A DNA stretch of 64,000 nt. Source: Glycera tridactyla (Eukaryota). Positions 24,201-33,200 of the stretch are shown in pieces. Location of the stretch: positions 83,576,001 through 83,640,000 of the forward strand of contig OZ286470.1 of NCBI GenBank assembly GCA_965644265.1, written 5' to 3'. The translations under genes and the position numbers were made by a program. The number at the start of each line of letters is the position of its first letter. The first letter of the stretch is position 1. The notes under the pieces were generated by a model. That model worked only from the letters and a program-made list of their open reading frames with translations, did no database searches and was not told where the DNA came from.

Positions 24201-27200
24201 TGACTCCCTCATGGGTATGCAACCCAGAATACATTATCAGTAGTCTATGATCTACATCACCATCTGTCGCTAAATACGTTAGGACACCTGGGCCAGGTGG
24301 AATGGTGCAGTTCATTATTTCTGCTCCGTTATCATTCTGCCTCTCTGGCTAGTATTCAAGCCCGAACATATGACTGACAGACTGGGTTAGTCAGTCCACG
24401 ATTAGCATCACTGTCAATTACAAATTGTCAATCATATCTGAGAGTACATAGTTTCCATTCAGTCACCCCAAAGAAATATAACTTTTTTTGTTTCAAGCAT
24501 AAGTCATAGTCCAAGAGTGGTTCAAACCCGGTATCGAATACTCCATACTGTCAAACTCTGTCAAACTTGGTCACGCTTATGGTGCAGTTTTCATGAGTCC
24601 CCCTCCCCTCCTTTGAGGTGTGGGTATTATTAGTAGTGGGGTATTGGAAAGCAGACATTGATGACGAAAATTATAGGAGTACAGACGGAACCTCTTGGAT
24701 TAACAAGCATTCATAAAGGATTTAGCCATTGGGTTAAAGCGTTGTGCTCATTAACTCACTCATTCTACTCACTCACTCATGCACACATTCACTCTCTAGG
24801 TCTGAACAACAAGATCTCGCACACTTCGACTCAAACCTTTCGTCCGTCTGTATGTCTGTCATTCTCATGCCACTCTGTTTGTCTGACTTTCTCACCTTCC
24901 CTCTCAATTCCACTCATTCTTTCCTCGCCCGTTTTCCCTGTTTCACTTTTCAAGTTTTACTTGAATCGGTGCGTCTGTGTATATGTGTGTATGTCTGTAT
25001 GTCGGTTTTATTACGTGTCTGTCTGTCTTTCTGTTGCTCTGTCCGTATGTCATTTTCCTGTACCCATCTCTCTTACCCTTCTCTCACCTCTTACCCTATC
25101 TCACCTCTCACTTTCTCTCCCCCACACCTACACATTTCCAATCTTCAACAGCACCATCCTTGCATGCTCACAACCTCACAAACTCACACCTCTCTACACT
25201 CGAGTGTCAACAGTAAGCCAAAGCTCCATCATGCAGGTCAATACCAATATGACATCGTAGCAGGAAGCCAGCCATTCATCTCCGTGGTATGCATCGGATA
25301 ACGACATCATGAATCCGCAGCCTGTGGATTGTGGCTGAGGCCTCACAAACAGTAGCAAATGACAGTATCATCCATAAGAGGAGGTCACAAAATGCAGGAT
25401 AGCCAGAACGAGAAGGAATCCGTGACCTGTCTCCCCTACGAGTGTGCGACTGGATTTATCACATGCTATTTATCGATCTAAATACCCTCTGAAGACATTA
25501 TTGTGACTTTCGAAGAAGAAAATACAAGTAAAACTGGTCAGAATGAGAAGTTTGAACGTATACTCGCATCTGAAACACTGGTTTCTATCTTGGGTTATTT
25601 AACTTGAATGCCTATTTTGATAAAGATGATATTTCCATTGGTTTTCGTCACATTAACGATCATTGGATGAGTGAACTTGAAAGTAGGTACAGCGCCACCA
25701 GCGGCCATGTAGAGAACTAGCGAGGCTGGTGTACTCGAAGATACTGCGCCTACTACGAGATACTGCACGCACTCGAGGATACAGGCCCACAAGTAGCGGA
25801 GACGGGGTCCTAGCATGTGATAATTTACCTTCCCGATATTCGTTATCACTTCGATCGAGCCTGTATAGGCAAGACTTGTGAAGATATGCGTTGTCTGAAT
25901 CGAGGAAGCCTTCATGTTTCGAGAATTCAGTCAACCATCTTTGAAATGAGCCTGGAGCTACTTTCAATTCAGAAGTGCGTTAACATTGAGCCACGCGATT
26001 CTGAAGCTCCGTCGTAAAGCCATAGTTATTCAAGAGTCAATGGCAGCTATTCTAAGGACACTCAGGATCGAATGAATTGTACCCGATATATTATCTATAT
26101 CTACAAAAAGGCTGCATATTTTACAATTAAATATATTCACTAATATTCGGGAGAAAACAGAAGGCTTCTCATTAGTTCTGTCCTTCATCAATTTGATTCG
26201 TCAAAAAAAAAACTGAGAAAAATTTACATTTGCATGCTACAACATCAAAATTCCTGTCTGCAATATGGATATCGCATATACATACATTATCAATATTCCG
26301 CAGTAACTTCCACAATGACCACAAATGTTTCGAAAAGATACATCACAATGATATGACTTTTGAGCGATTCAGATATGTGCCTGGTTATGGATTGTCGCTA
26401 CATTTTGATGAGTCTCTGACGACGTAGCCCAGAGGTCAATATAGTGAAGGATTCCGAGTGATCTTGGCATTCTGACACATTCGACCCTCACATTTTTCAG
26501 CGAGGATTGGTTTTATTAGCTACTGCTGCATTCCGTCATCGATGTGTAGGTGTGGGGATAGGGCAAGCATTCCGGTATATAAGCAGGAAGGACAAAGAAA
26601 GCGATGCAGGTTTGGTCAATCTGAACCCAAGATGATCAATCCTAGAGCCTTAATGGGTAACTGCCTGCTACTCTTTCGACAGTTTCTCTGACATACATAT
26701 TCGCATCAACAATACAATCCCATTCCCGTAGAATATCCAACCTATACTCAAGTGAGGATTGTTCCAGGATTTATACCACACAGGATGCTCACCATACAGC
26801 TTAGCACTCTCGAAATGCGACATATTAATGAAAATTTCTAATCAAACTTAGGCAATCTTCCATATTGAAGAACATTCAATGAAGTGTGAGGTAGTCTACG
26901 TTCAATTACCTGAAATTACCGACCTACTTCTCAATAAGACAACGAGTTGTGGGAGATATGAGTGAGGGAGTCGCCTGTTGCTTGGTAGCGAATCAGAATG
27001 ATAATTCTTTCGGTCCACCATCTATCACACATGATGCTGTTAGTTTGGACCCGAGGGTTGAAGTGACCTTGTTATCATATTCAGGTCAAACGATAGACGA
27101 ATACACACCCTGGGTTGTCCTAATTTAGCAATAACTCTCACTGGACTGCCCACATTCGGAGCAAGCATGGGAAGAACACCATTTACTTGTTGGTGAAGTT

Positions 27201-30200
27201 CGAATGTGATCAGTTCGGTAAGAGTCTTCATATTCAGGCAATCTAGAGGGTTAGTCCGCAAGGCGGGTCACTTTCCCTCAGGACAAATCTATAATTCGGC
27301 TTAGGTGATGACTAAAAGAACATGACAAGCGGAGAGTCATATAGTTGTTTCTTATAGCAGTCCCAACACGATGTGCTCATTCAATAGAAGCTATGTATGC
27401 GACTATCACTAGAACTCGGGGGACCTGGGTGTTGGGACTGTTCACACCAGTTGAATAACCAATTCCGCTAATCTAAGCGGACACACTGCAGAGAAAAAAA
27501 ACCACCAGGCGCTGATCTAATATGTGGCGGGAAATCGTATTAGTCGAAATCCAACAAAGCTGGACTGGGCAGAGGCTGCGTTCGATTCTACACAATGGTA
27601 GACTGGGTGACATTCGGTTATATTGCTAGCTCAGCAGGATGTGTTTTCTCTGAATGATAAAACAGCTGACATCCAGGGGTGGACAAAATGGCAGTTTCGT
27701 AAGGATAGGAATGAAGACATATCCGAAAGTTCTATAGTCTCTTCAATGGAGATCGGCGATAAATTCGGCACTTTGCAAGAACAGAAATCTGATCCACCTG
27801 AATTAGAGTCCTCACTAGCGATGTTATGGACAGTAGGATTGCGCTAAAGGAGGCGTTCGTGGTATGGCGAAAGCAGGCCACAATCTCAGGTATCGAACTC
27901 ACCGAAATATCATGGGCTATTGGAGAATGTCGGAGCACTGCTTTTCGGAACTAAGACACTAACCGTTGGTGTGATGTTATAGAATTCGCGACGGAATTAT
28001 TGAATGAAGGGAGAGGATGGTCGGTGGTATTGGAAGTGATACTTACTATTCGAATGGCAGAGTAGCTCCTGCACTATCCCAGGACATTCTTTCCGTCGGG
28101 TGCATATTTGGTGAGGGGATATACAACCCTTATTGCCACACCAGATGTAACCAACCTTGCACTGGTGAACTGAAAATAGAGCATAACCATTGCAACGATC
28201 GATCAATGCGATACCCGTCCGGTTTAGTAGATTAAATGTGCAGCAAAATTACGAGATTGATTGATAATGTGAGGTGAGATAATTGTCATCTCAGAAGTGG
28301 TGGTGACAGTGATGATGAAATGATTGCTGAAGGCAGGCGTTTAAGATGTGTGAGCAATTACAGCACTAATAGTAGTACTTGTTGTGGTAGTTGTAGTGGA
28401 GTGGTCATTGATGTAATTGTAGAATTAATAGTAGTTGTAGCCGTGGGTAAAGTAATGACAACNNNNNNNNNNNNNNNNNNNNNNNNNNNNNNNNNNNNNN
28501 NNNNNNNNNNNNNNNNNNNNNNNNNNNNNNNNNNNNNNNNNNNNNNNNNNNNNNNNNNNNNNNNNNNNNNNNNNNNNNNNNNNNNNNNNNNNNNNNNATT
28601 GTGAATACTGTGGTACTAGTCTTAGTAATGTAGCAGAAACAGCACCTGTGGTTGTGGCAGTTGTATGGGTATTTCTTCTCTTCTTTGATGTTGTTTCCAT
28701 TGATAGTAATAAGAGCAGCAGTGAGATGTAGTTGTGATTAGTGCTAATATTGGCATAAGCATTATCAGNNNNNNNNNNNNNNNNNNNNNNNNNNNNNNNN
28801 NNNNNNNNNNNNNNNNNNNNNNNNNNNNNNNNNNNNNNNNNNNNNNNNNNNNNNNNNNNNNNNNNNNNNNNNNNNNNNNNNNNNNNNNNNNNNNNNNNNN
28901 NNNNNNNNNNNNNNNNNNNNNNNNNNNNNNNNNNNNNNNNNNNNNNNNNNNNNNNNNNNNNNNNNNNNNNNNNNNNNNNNNNNNNNNNNNNNNNNNNNNN
29001 NNNNNNNNNNNNNNNNNNNNNNNNNNNNNNNNNNNNNNNNNNNNNNNNNNNNNNNNNNNNNNNNNNNNNNNNNNNNNNNNNNNNNNNNNNNNNNNNNNNN
29101 NNNNNNNNNNNNNNNNNNNNNNNNNNNNNNNNNNNNNNNNNNNNNNNNNNNNNNNNNNNNNNNNNNNNNNNNNNNNNNNNGTGATAGTAGTAATAGTTCT
29201 TGTAGGAGTAGTAGCAGCAGTCGTAGTAGACATGATAGTGATGGCGTTGTTGTCGTTGTCATCGTCTTTGTCGTCCTCGTCCCCTCCCCCCACCCCCTTA
29301 CTTCACCCCTTCACCATCCTAGGATATTACAAACCGTATATACAAGAAACATGTCATTTGACTCACCTCCCATTCGGAATGGTGCGAAGACAAGGAAGGC
29401 CACAACGATACCAGTGATTGCCAAGACGATACCTAACAAGATGGCGGTGATGAACACCCATCTCTTAAACCTGCGCATCTGCTTCTTCCTCTTGCTTTTA
29501 TGCTCGGGATAGACCTGCTTCACCGAGCGGGCCATCTTATTCTTCTCAAATCTTGGGCACGTCAAACTACCACAGGACTTGGAGTGTGTTTTTGACGTAC
29601 AGTACTCAGCTACGTTCAAAGTCCGCGAACGATTGTTTTCATTCTGCACCGTCGTCGCCGTATTGTTCCTCTTCCGGTCCAGAGCGGAGTAGGAACGACT
29701 GAGAAAGGCAATTCGTTCAGGTTCGTGGTTGCCATGGGGACCACAAAGACTATTATAATACAAGACAGCATCATCGTATAATCCGCTGGAATCTTCACTT
29801 TCGTCTTCTTTGAATAAGCGCGAGCGTGCTACGGAGGAAGCGGTAGCGCGTAAGGTATTGGCGGCGCTGGCGGGATGGGAAGGCGTCGGGGTACCGGGAC
29901 CAGCATCCTTGTGCTGACTCTCTGGTAGCATTCGTAAAAGATCCACAGATTCCTGAATGGCATCTTCCTCCGACTCCGTCTGTAGTCCCATCCTGTAGGA
30001 AGACCGGCGGTTGGGTCTCGGCCAGGATAACCGGCGACCGGTTTCGCCGGTTGTCACAACCTGCTGGTTGGCCTGCGAGGGTAAGGGTGCATAGATGGTG
30101 TTTCTAGTGACTTGTTTGGGACTGGTGGTGATGGAGGTGGTTGTGGTTGGCTGGAAGGAGGGAAATGCATCCAGCCTGCCTGTATCATACAGACTACAAC

Positions 30201-30219
30201 TTTCCATTATATCCTCCAT
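1689..30219 (-). CDS. Spliced gene model (6 coding exons, 491 aa): type II transmembrane LDLa + C-type lectin domain receptor
   Basis: Exons 30219-29367 (853 nt), 28169-28047 (123), 20198-20007 (192), 5065-4903 (163), 4258-4199 (60) and 1773-1689 (85) sum to 1476 nt = 492 codons including the stop. All introns are GT-AG with consistent phases (1,1,1,2,2). The last four exons join into one continuous CTLD. Additional small exons in intron 28046-20199 or in the N-gaps cannot be excluded. Confidence 0.85.
3166..3452. repeat. 94-bp tandem repeat, ~3 copies
   Basis: GCTCATTCAATAGTG...CATATGCA units start at 3166, 3260 and 3354, with a partial unit at 3449. Confidence 0.9.
4199..4258 (-). CDS. Coding exon 5: 60-nt CTLD exon (NYYKPEECLYLSINNGYHES)
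   Basis: Acceptor ttttttttttcttttcag, donor gtgagt; phase 2-2. Supplies the E-C motif expected after the PDN loop. Confidence 0.87.
4903..5065 (-). CDS. Coding exon 4: CTLD core (FWIG motif through long loop, KPD motif)
   Basis: Translates as FPRGTIGFWIGARRARGSHSGSCSYNQWKWVDVYGREHGSVSGFAAFVPGKPD. Acceptor ttgtttgcag, donor gtaagt; phase 1 in, phase 2 out. Confidence 0.9.
5122..5960. repeat. 51-bp purine-rich minisatellite, ~16 copies
   Basis: Unit GGAAAGATAAAGCTGAAGGTAGGGAGCTGGCACTATCATAAGGAGCGATTG; it produces 17-aa repeats (GKIKLKVGSWHYHKERL) in the ORF track. Confidence 0.95.
6224..6293. repeat. (GACA)n microsatellite
   Basis: Direct reading. Confidence 0.97.
6541..6600. promoter_or_regulatory. 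Candidate intronic regulatory cluster: CRE palindrome overlapping E-box, and an RFX X-box-like site
   Basis: TGACGTCA at 6551-6558 overlaps CACGTG at 6557-6562; GTTGCTATGG at 6581-6590. The surroundings are locally CpG-rich. Motif matches only. Confidence 0.3.
6626..6833. repeat. 52-bp imperfect inverted repeat (fold-back / MITE-like)
   Basis: 6626-6677 matches the reverse complement of 6782-6833 at 47/52 positions; the spacer is ~104 bp of simple sequence. Confidence 0.85.
6950..7130. mobile_element. Non-coding long hairpin element (arms 6967-7124) with ACTCGGCC-TTC-GGCCTCGT apex
   Basis: Near-perfect ~77-bp arms around a TTC loop. Its borders CATGTGAGAAAAGTAAGAC...GTCTTACTATAAT match those of the dispersed family at 13.9, 19.7, 37.3, 39.6 and 60.8 kb. 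Confidence 0.8.
7875..8460 (-). mobile_element. SINE-like fragment with (CAAA)n tail, internally expanded into a minisatellite
   Basis: The minus strand of 8312-8450 aligns with 57360-57490 (CTCCTCAGCATAC...CACAAGAGA...TTGCCA.G.TTA.ACC.GTCACCCA.GAA). A (GTTT)n tail lies at ~7880-7895. Confidence 0.55.
7910..8312. repeat. 71-bp minisatellite, ~5.6 nearly identical copies
   Basis: ACTCAACCCTG starts at 7910, 7981, 8052, 8123, 8194 and 8265; each unit has a small stem AGAGCC-CAAA-GGCTCT. Confidence 0.96.
9545..9724. repeat. Perfect 82-bp inverted repeat with 16-nt loop at the 5' end of the PLE
   Basis: 9545-9626 is the exact reverse complement of 9643-9724 (82/82 checked by eye); loop GTATGCCTTTGGATGT. 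Confidence 0.97.
9760..10527 (+). CDS. PLE ORF1 (255 aa): N-terminal helical domain plus R/Q-rich basic tail
   Basis: Open ATG-to-TAA ORF. Contains HLRFLSECLDKKTVPAGLKP...FMEKWN, resembling the FLxxC...IPxGL N-terminal motif I recall from PLE polyproteins, then a charged helical region and an RGRG/RRGRR basic C-terminus. Confidence 0.75.
   Translation: MSSIGDELATRVAAWRINASHSNTNVSGAPSSSDSSTSINTVVRPSTSRNLLQPFAKKRKADDLEYKVIPDVAFPTFRELRKISLRQAKVTNHLRFLSECLDKKTVPAGLKPNLKPAFGAEEPAFMEKWNTACNEFSTNLIILLGERANQELEALNPRVETKKTEMLEKITEEEMKTKAVEYLKEVIAKDVPETKRRREPQAGPSRIRDNRQRQMGNRQQRDFRGRGNPRQGRTTDSEEDLLHIIRALKSRRGRR
10056..12872 (+). CDS. PLE ORF2: reverse transcriptase + GIY-YIG endonuclease (recognisable homology starts near Met 10611, 753 aa)
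   Basis: RT motifs: FYLLPKIHK, PGRPIIS, MDVTSLYTNIP, GTAMGTKVAPTYACLFM, LRYIDDIF, HPTIKFT, FLD. Linker CPKVVCNFC (C-x4-C-x2-C). Endonuclease: NVVYLLYC...YVGETKR...RLKEH...NHF...ERKW...PYGLN. No internal stops. Confidence 0.95.
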   Translation: MPGQEDRTSGPKAEPETSIWGRRTSIHGEMEHSMQRVQHQLDHPFGRTSKPRTGGPESQSRNQEDRDVGKDNRRRDENQSRRIPEGGDRQRRPRDETTQRTPSGTISHPRQQTTPDGQQTTERLPRPREPQTGPNNRLGGRPTPHNQSTEEPQRPPLNQPPDNNIVVDEEPPPEQTVNILPNNKHMESYNQGSVVNISNHTLNTAEIKALSRTLKFCPTPPPTDVVDVMDDFDEYVRKIKLRIFFKDDDTEPTPDQIMLRSLRRIFKIRSKWVPPLQDECVESFKTAVKNNILSQKPIHNRRNNMNKPEREAIKALYNNKDITIKNADKGGAVVVMNTTDYIREAHRQLQDENFYIKLDEDLTPTHSSQIDNYLKGETLLGNIHPRIAEILTQYEARTARFYLLPKIHKKKIPGRPIISGNKCPTERISSFIDELLKPYVLKIKSYVKDTTEFTKIIHDLPEFNNNCILATMDVTSLYTNIPNHDGIKAIAETIRGKPHLIPNTMILKLLEMVLHKNNFEFNGQHYLQVGGTAMGTKVAPTYACLFMANLEEKMLQSTPEKPRIFLRYIDDIFMVWEKSPTELQNFVSHCNNFHPTIKFTAEQSQTEVVFLDTKVKFNANTRRLYTDLYSKPTDSHNYLPYDSHHPQHCKTALPYSQLLRIRRICTKEEDFETQAENMKGYFARQGYPTETFDNAYSKAKTTERETLLQPRTNNTTGVEEPPIPLILTYGTNMPNITKVLKRNWHLLRDSPLARDVVGPAPLIAYRRPQNIREKLVRAGVNYPPDDVTINIVQTPTTREPKCPKVVCNFCGPLRRQETFRCPNTGTVHNLPKNLNCHSKNVVYLLYCEEHKIQYVGETKRPFIIRLKEHLADIKHQRDKPVANHFKERRHRAKELKFYILEKLKNTQEDDTEKRRRCERKWTYLFRSFHPYGLNKMGK
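13935..14121 (+). mobile_element. Dispersed tail+hairpin element, copy A (right arm largely deleted; GAA-type apex)
   Basis: GTGTTGAGTATTGCGTGTGATACTTCACAGCTG tail, CATGTGATAAAAGCAAGAC arm start, CGAGGCCGAA apex and GTCTTGCTA end; aligns with copies B-E. Confidence 0.75.
15060..15400 (+). pseudogene. Decayed non-LTR retrotransposon RT fragment (RTE/CR1-like)
   Basis: After a 1-nt frameshift the sequence reads AAIDYK..VFDSV, resembling the FxDYxKAFDSV RT motif. It is preceded by a QKFRR (QxGFRxG-like) segment; several stops. Confidence 0.35.
15960..16445. repeat. Polypyrimidine (TTC/TCC)n low-complexity tract
   Basis: Direct reading. Confidence 0.95.
17236..17430 (+). mobile_element. Possible decayed RTE-type LINE 3' end
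   Basis: Fragments IME/RMPTG..SR and NAQSDQQR resemble the RTE C-terminal GxRxRGRP...AQDR..W region; heavily degraded. Confidence 0.25.
17540..17855 (+). mobile_element. SINE-like element with (GAAAT)n tail
   Basis: Internal ATAAAGGATCC...TCGAAAAGAG segment resembles central domains I recall from invertebrate SINEs; ends in AAATGAAATGAAATGAAATG. Confidence 0.5.
17870..17985 (-). mobile_element. tRNA-derived SINE head fragment
   Basis: Minus-strand GGGTTCAATCCCTGGC at ~17953-17970 is a Pol III B-box-like motif; no cloverleaf. Confidence 0.45.
17991..19310 (+). pseudogene. Possible decayed plus-strand (antisense) CTLD-like gene relic with duplicated exon starts
   Basis: ~100-bp duplicate at 17991-18088 and 18810-18907, each with (ATCA)n + TGTAATTCACAG acceptor. 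CPRNYHMVRDS* ends at 18770. DWSTGFPQP...AECG*...FCYH...YWHEEQPW...VICE lies at 19100-19290 with an in-frame stop at 19167. Confidence 0.3.
19690..19943 (+). mobile_element. Dispersed tail+hairpin element, copy B (near complete; GAA-type apex)
   Basis: TTTCGATGAAGTATCAGGTGTTGAG tail, both arms present, apex CACGAGGCAGAAGGCTGAGTG at 19853-19873. Confidence 0.8.
20007..20198 (-). CDS. Coding exon 3: N-terminal part of C-type lectin domain
   Basis: Translates as TAGWVHFSSGSPNGSRYITISKAFTFSGAQDACRDQGGHLAHVTNIREQVFLQEYLDREIKKN, the CTLD beta1-alpha1-alpha2 pattern. Acceptor tcttacttgcag, donor gtgagt; phase 1-1. Confidence 0.9.
20232..20516. repeat. 26-bp imperfect inverted repeat pair (MITE-like) next to the exon 3 acceptor
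   Basis: 20232-20257 matches the reverse complement of 20491-20516 at 23/26 positions. Confidence 0.55.
21217..21394. mobile_element. Tc1/mariner (pogo-like) MITE, 178 bp, TA target duplication
   Basis: TA|CAGTCGAACCTG...CAGGTTCGACTG|TA with internal AAAGACCACC repeats; second copy at 44035-44211. Confidence 0.9.
22829..23131. repeat. 154-bp tandem duplication (2 copies)
   Basis: ATCCGTCATAGAGGCCCATTGGAGAC...GAAGGGCCTGAA starts at 22829 and 22983. Confidence 0.92.
28047..28169 (-). CDS. Coding exon 2: LDL-receptor class A-like module (6 Cys)
   Basis: Translates as HQCKVGYIWCGNKGCISPHQICTRRKECPGIVQELLCHSN with LDLa Cys spacing. Acceptor ctattttcag, donor gtaagt; a symmetric phase 1-1 exon of 123 nt, typical of LDLa exons. 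Confidence 0.88.
29367..30219 (-). CDS. Coding exon 1: ~255-aa low-complexity cytoplasmic tail, basic cluster and transmembrane helix
   Basis: Part of the 302-aa ORF 29311-30219. KSKRKKQMRRFKR is followed by hydrophobic WVFITAILLGIVLAITGIVVAFLVFAPF. The donor is GGA G|gtgagt at 29366. A strong acceptor (tttttgtatgtttcag) lies upstream, with the exon starting at 30280. Confidence 0.88.
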
Positions 30220-33200
30220 ATCAGACGCTCAGCTTGGCTACCTTCCCATTTGTAGAAATCTCAAATTGTCTGAAGAAAACCTGAAACATACAAAAACACA
30301 AGCTCCTATTAGTAGAAGGTATATCCGGTATATTTTGGAGAGCCAATATTTCTATGGAGTTGCCCATATACATTCGAACACTGCAGCTGCAAGAAACGTC
30401 CGTTCAATTATAGCAATCGGCTATTTGGAAGCTTTTATGACAGCTATATTTGGTGAAAAAAGTCAAAATACAGTGCAGCCATTTTTCACAAGCAAATTTA
30501 TCAATGAATTATTGTGTGTGGAATATTTTTCAGTGTGTTTGCCTGTATGTCTGGCTGTTTGTGTCTCTCTGTCTGTCAGTCTGTCTGTCTGCTTGTCCAT
30601 CTGCCTCTCCATTTTCTGTCAGTTTGTCTGTCTGTATGTGCACACGGATGCATGCGTGTGCCGTCTTTATCCGTCCGTCCGTCCGTCAATCTGTCCGNNN
30701 NNNNNNNNNNNNNNNNNNNNNNNNNNNNNNNNNNNNNNNNNNNNNNNNNNNNNNNNNNNNNNNNNNNNNNNNNNNNNNNNNNNNNNNNNNNNNNNNNNNN
30801 NNNNNNNNNNNNNNNNNNNNNNNNNNNNNNNNNNNNNNNNNNNNNNNNNNNNNNNNNNNNNNNNNNNNNNNNNNNNNNNNNNNNNNNNNNNNNNNNNNNN
30901 NNNNNNNNNNNNNNNNNNNNNNNNNNNNNNNNNNNNNNNNNNNNNNNNNNNNNNNNNNNNNNNNNNNNNNNNNNNNNNNNNNNNNNNNNNNNNNNNNNNN
31001 NNNNNNNNNNNNNNNNNNNNNNNNNNNNNTGGATTCCTGGCTTAAATGCAAGAAATTCCATGTACGAAAAGAACGATGACCAAATGATGTATACATCTGT
31101 CTCTCCTTTTCAAGAACTATTGTATTGTTTAGCTGAATTCCATCTAACCCTGCACCGGGGTAGGCAATCACATCGAGAATAGTCTTCAAAGTAAGTTCGA
31201 GGTGGTGAAGAGGTTTTGAGTCACTATACCAACGCAACTAAGAGGTGACATTCAAAGGCCCTGTGATAAGTAAGATTATTCGATGCAAGTGAGAAAGAGT
31301 TGAGCAGTGAAGGCAAAGACGGAAGTGGTAAGCATTCACAAATCGCACGCAGATACATAATGTATTTGTTCCATTTCCGCCTGGTTTTTCCTGCAGACTG
31401 TATGCCACCGATCAACTAAGCATCCGATGGGTTTACACCTATTCACACTTTCAAATATGCATAAGTGTTTCACACCTTCCAACTGCGCCAACTGACCCTT
31501 GTCGGTCCACTATCTCTAAATCATTTTTTTTTTCAAATATCAATTCAAGTGAGCCGCCGAGTATTTACTTACAGTTGATGAGTGTTCGCATGTTGTAGGT
31601 AATTGTTCATGGTCTGAACATATATCTTTGGAATGGGTCGTTGTGTTTGGGGTAATTGGGTGAACTCTACATTCTTTATCATTTTACTGTACCCGGTTAT
31701 GAATAAGTGCTAAGTGAAAATTCAAATAAGACAATATTGATTCGTCGACTGTCTCTCAACCAAATAATCAATATTTTGCTTGACATTATATTTAGTCAGT
31801 CTGTCCAATTCTCTGTGTGTCTGGCTGTCAGACTGCCTGCTCGACTGTAATCATTTGCATGGGATTCTTGTCGGACTTGTGGTTGTGTTGGTCCCTTTCC
31901 TGTCCAATTAGCAAGTGCATTGGCCACGTAATTGATGCTGCTTTTTCTTCCTCCTTTCCCTGAAGAAATGCGGTACTCAAGTTCTAGAACTACCGAAATG
32001 CATCCCTTTCATTTTATCTCTCGGACCCAGTTAACTCTATCTGGCACCTGGTGCCCAAACTGACCCTGTTCATCCGAGGAAATTGCTTTAGTGGGCTTTC
32101 AATAACTATGAGCTTCTGTCAACAATCAAATGATTTCGAGAACAAAAGCCGCCCAGGCAATTAGTTCAATTATTAAACTTTCTCATAAAAAGTCGAATGC
32201 CAAGTGAATGCGTTTTTTTGTTCTTCCAGACGTTGTCATGACGACGGCACAAATCACATTTATCATGAGGCCAGACATAAGTCGTTTGCGGCGGATCCTT
32301 TTGTTATTTTACTTCATTACTTTAATTGCATCTGTGCCAATTGAGATGAATTATTGGTTAGCTTTCAGCTGCTTCATAGTCATACACATTTCTAGAACTC
32401 GACCGGGAATACTAAGGTGGTTATCATATGTTCACTAGCATCTCATATTAGATATGAATTTAAGTATATTTCTCCCACAAAATTCAGCCCAACAACCCAC
32501 GAATGTGCTCTTAGTAAACATACGCATACTATAGGCACGCAACAAATAGTAGCTGGGAGTCTTACATTAGAGTAGGCCTTTATGAGTGACGCCCCTTTGA
32601 TTTTACAAACCCAATGTGACTGAACCTTCGCTGATCATTAAATTAGTCTATTATCTATATCGTTAAATGCAATGAACTTCACCGATTGACTTGATGCAAC
32701 TTCTAATTTCTAACAAACAGCCCTAAAAAAATGTCGATGTGGATTTCAGAGATATTTTATTCCANNNNNNNNNNNNNNNNNNNNNNNNNNNNNNNNNNNN
32801 NNNNNNNNNNNNNNNNNNNNNNNNNNNNNNNNNNNNNNNNNNNNNNNNNNNNNNNNNNNNNNNNNNNNNNNNNNNNNNNNNNNNNNNNNNNNNNNNNNNN
32901 NNNNNNCACACCTATTCACCTAATTGACTCACAGGGGAAAGCACTCGAGAATATTGATATGTCGATGTAATTTCAAACAACTAGACCGTTATTCAAAGAA
33001 AATAGAATTCTATGCATGCCGAGAATAATCGTGCGTTGTCATATGAATGACATAGCCCGATTTTAATTAGGTCGTTTTCGAATTGAACCACTGGGTATAT
33101 GTTGGAGCACGTCTTTGATTGAAATGCTACGGAAACGAAAACAAACACATCGCATGATCCAACCATGAAATGTTCATCATTTCGATGGAAAATACTCGGA

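Noticed and set aside
27540-27850. KAGLG...QGWTKWQ as a NeSL/HERO-type retroelement remnant
   Set aside because: Two short motifs in different frames, and the downstream zinc-knuckle region is not seen.
30095-31237. Long ORFs spanning gaps or simple repeats (also 15954-16528, 28622-29417, 45573-46478, 52739-53861, 57441-58016)
   Set aside because: They are artefacts of N runs and microsatellites that lack stop codons.
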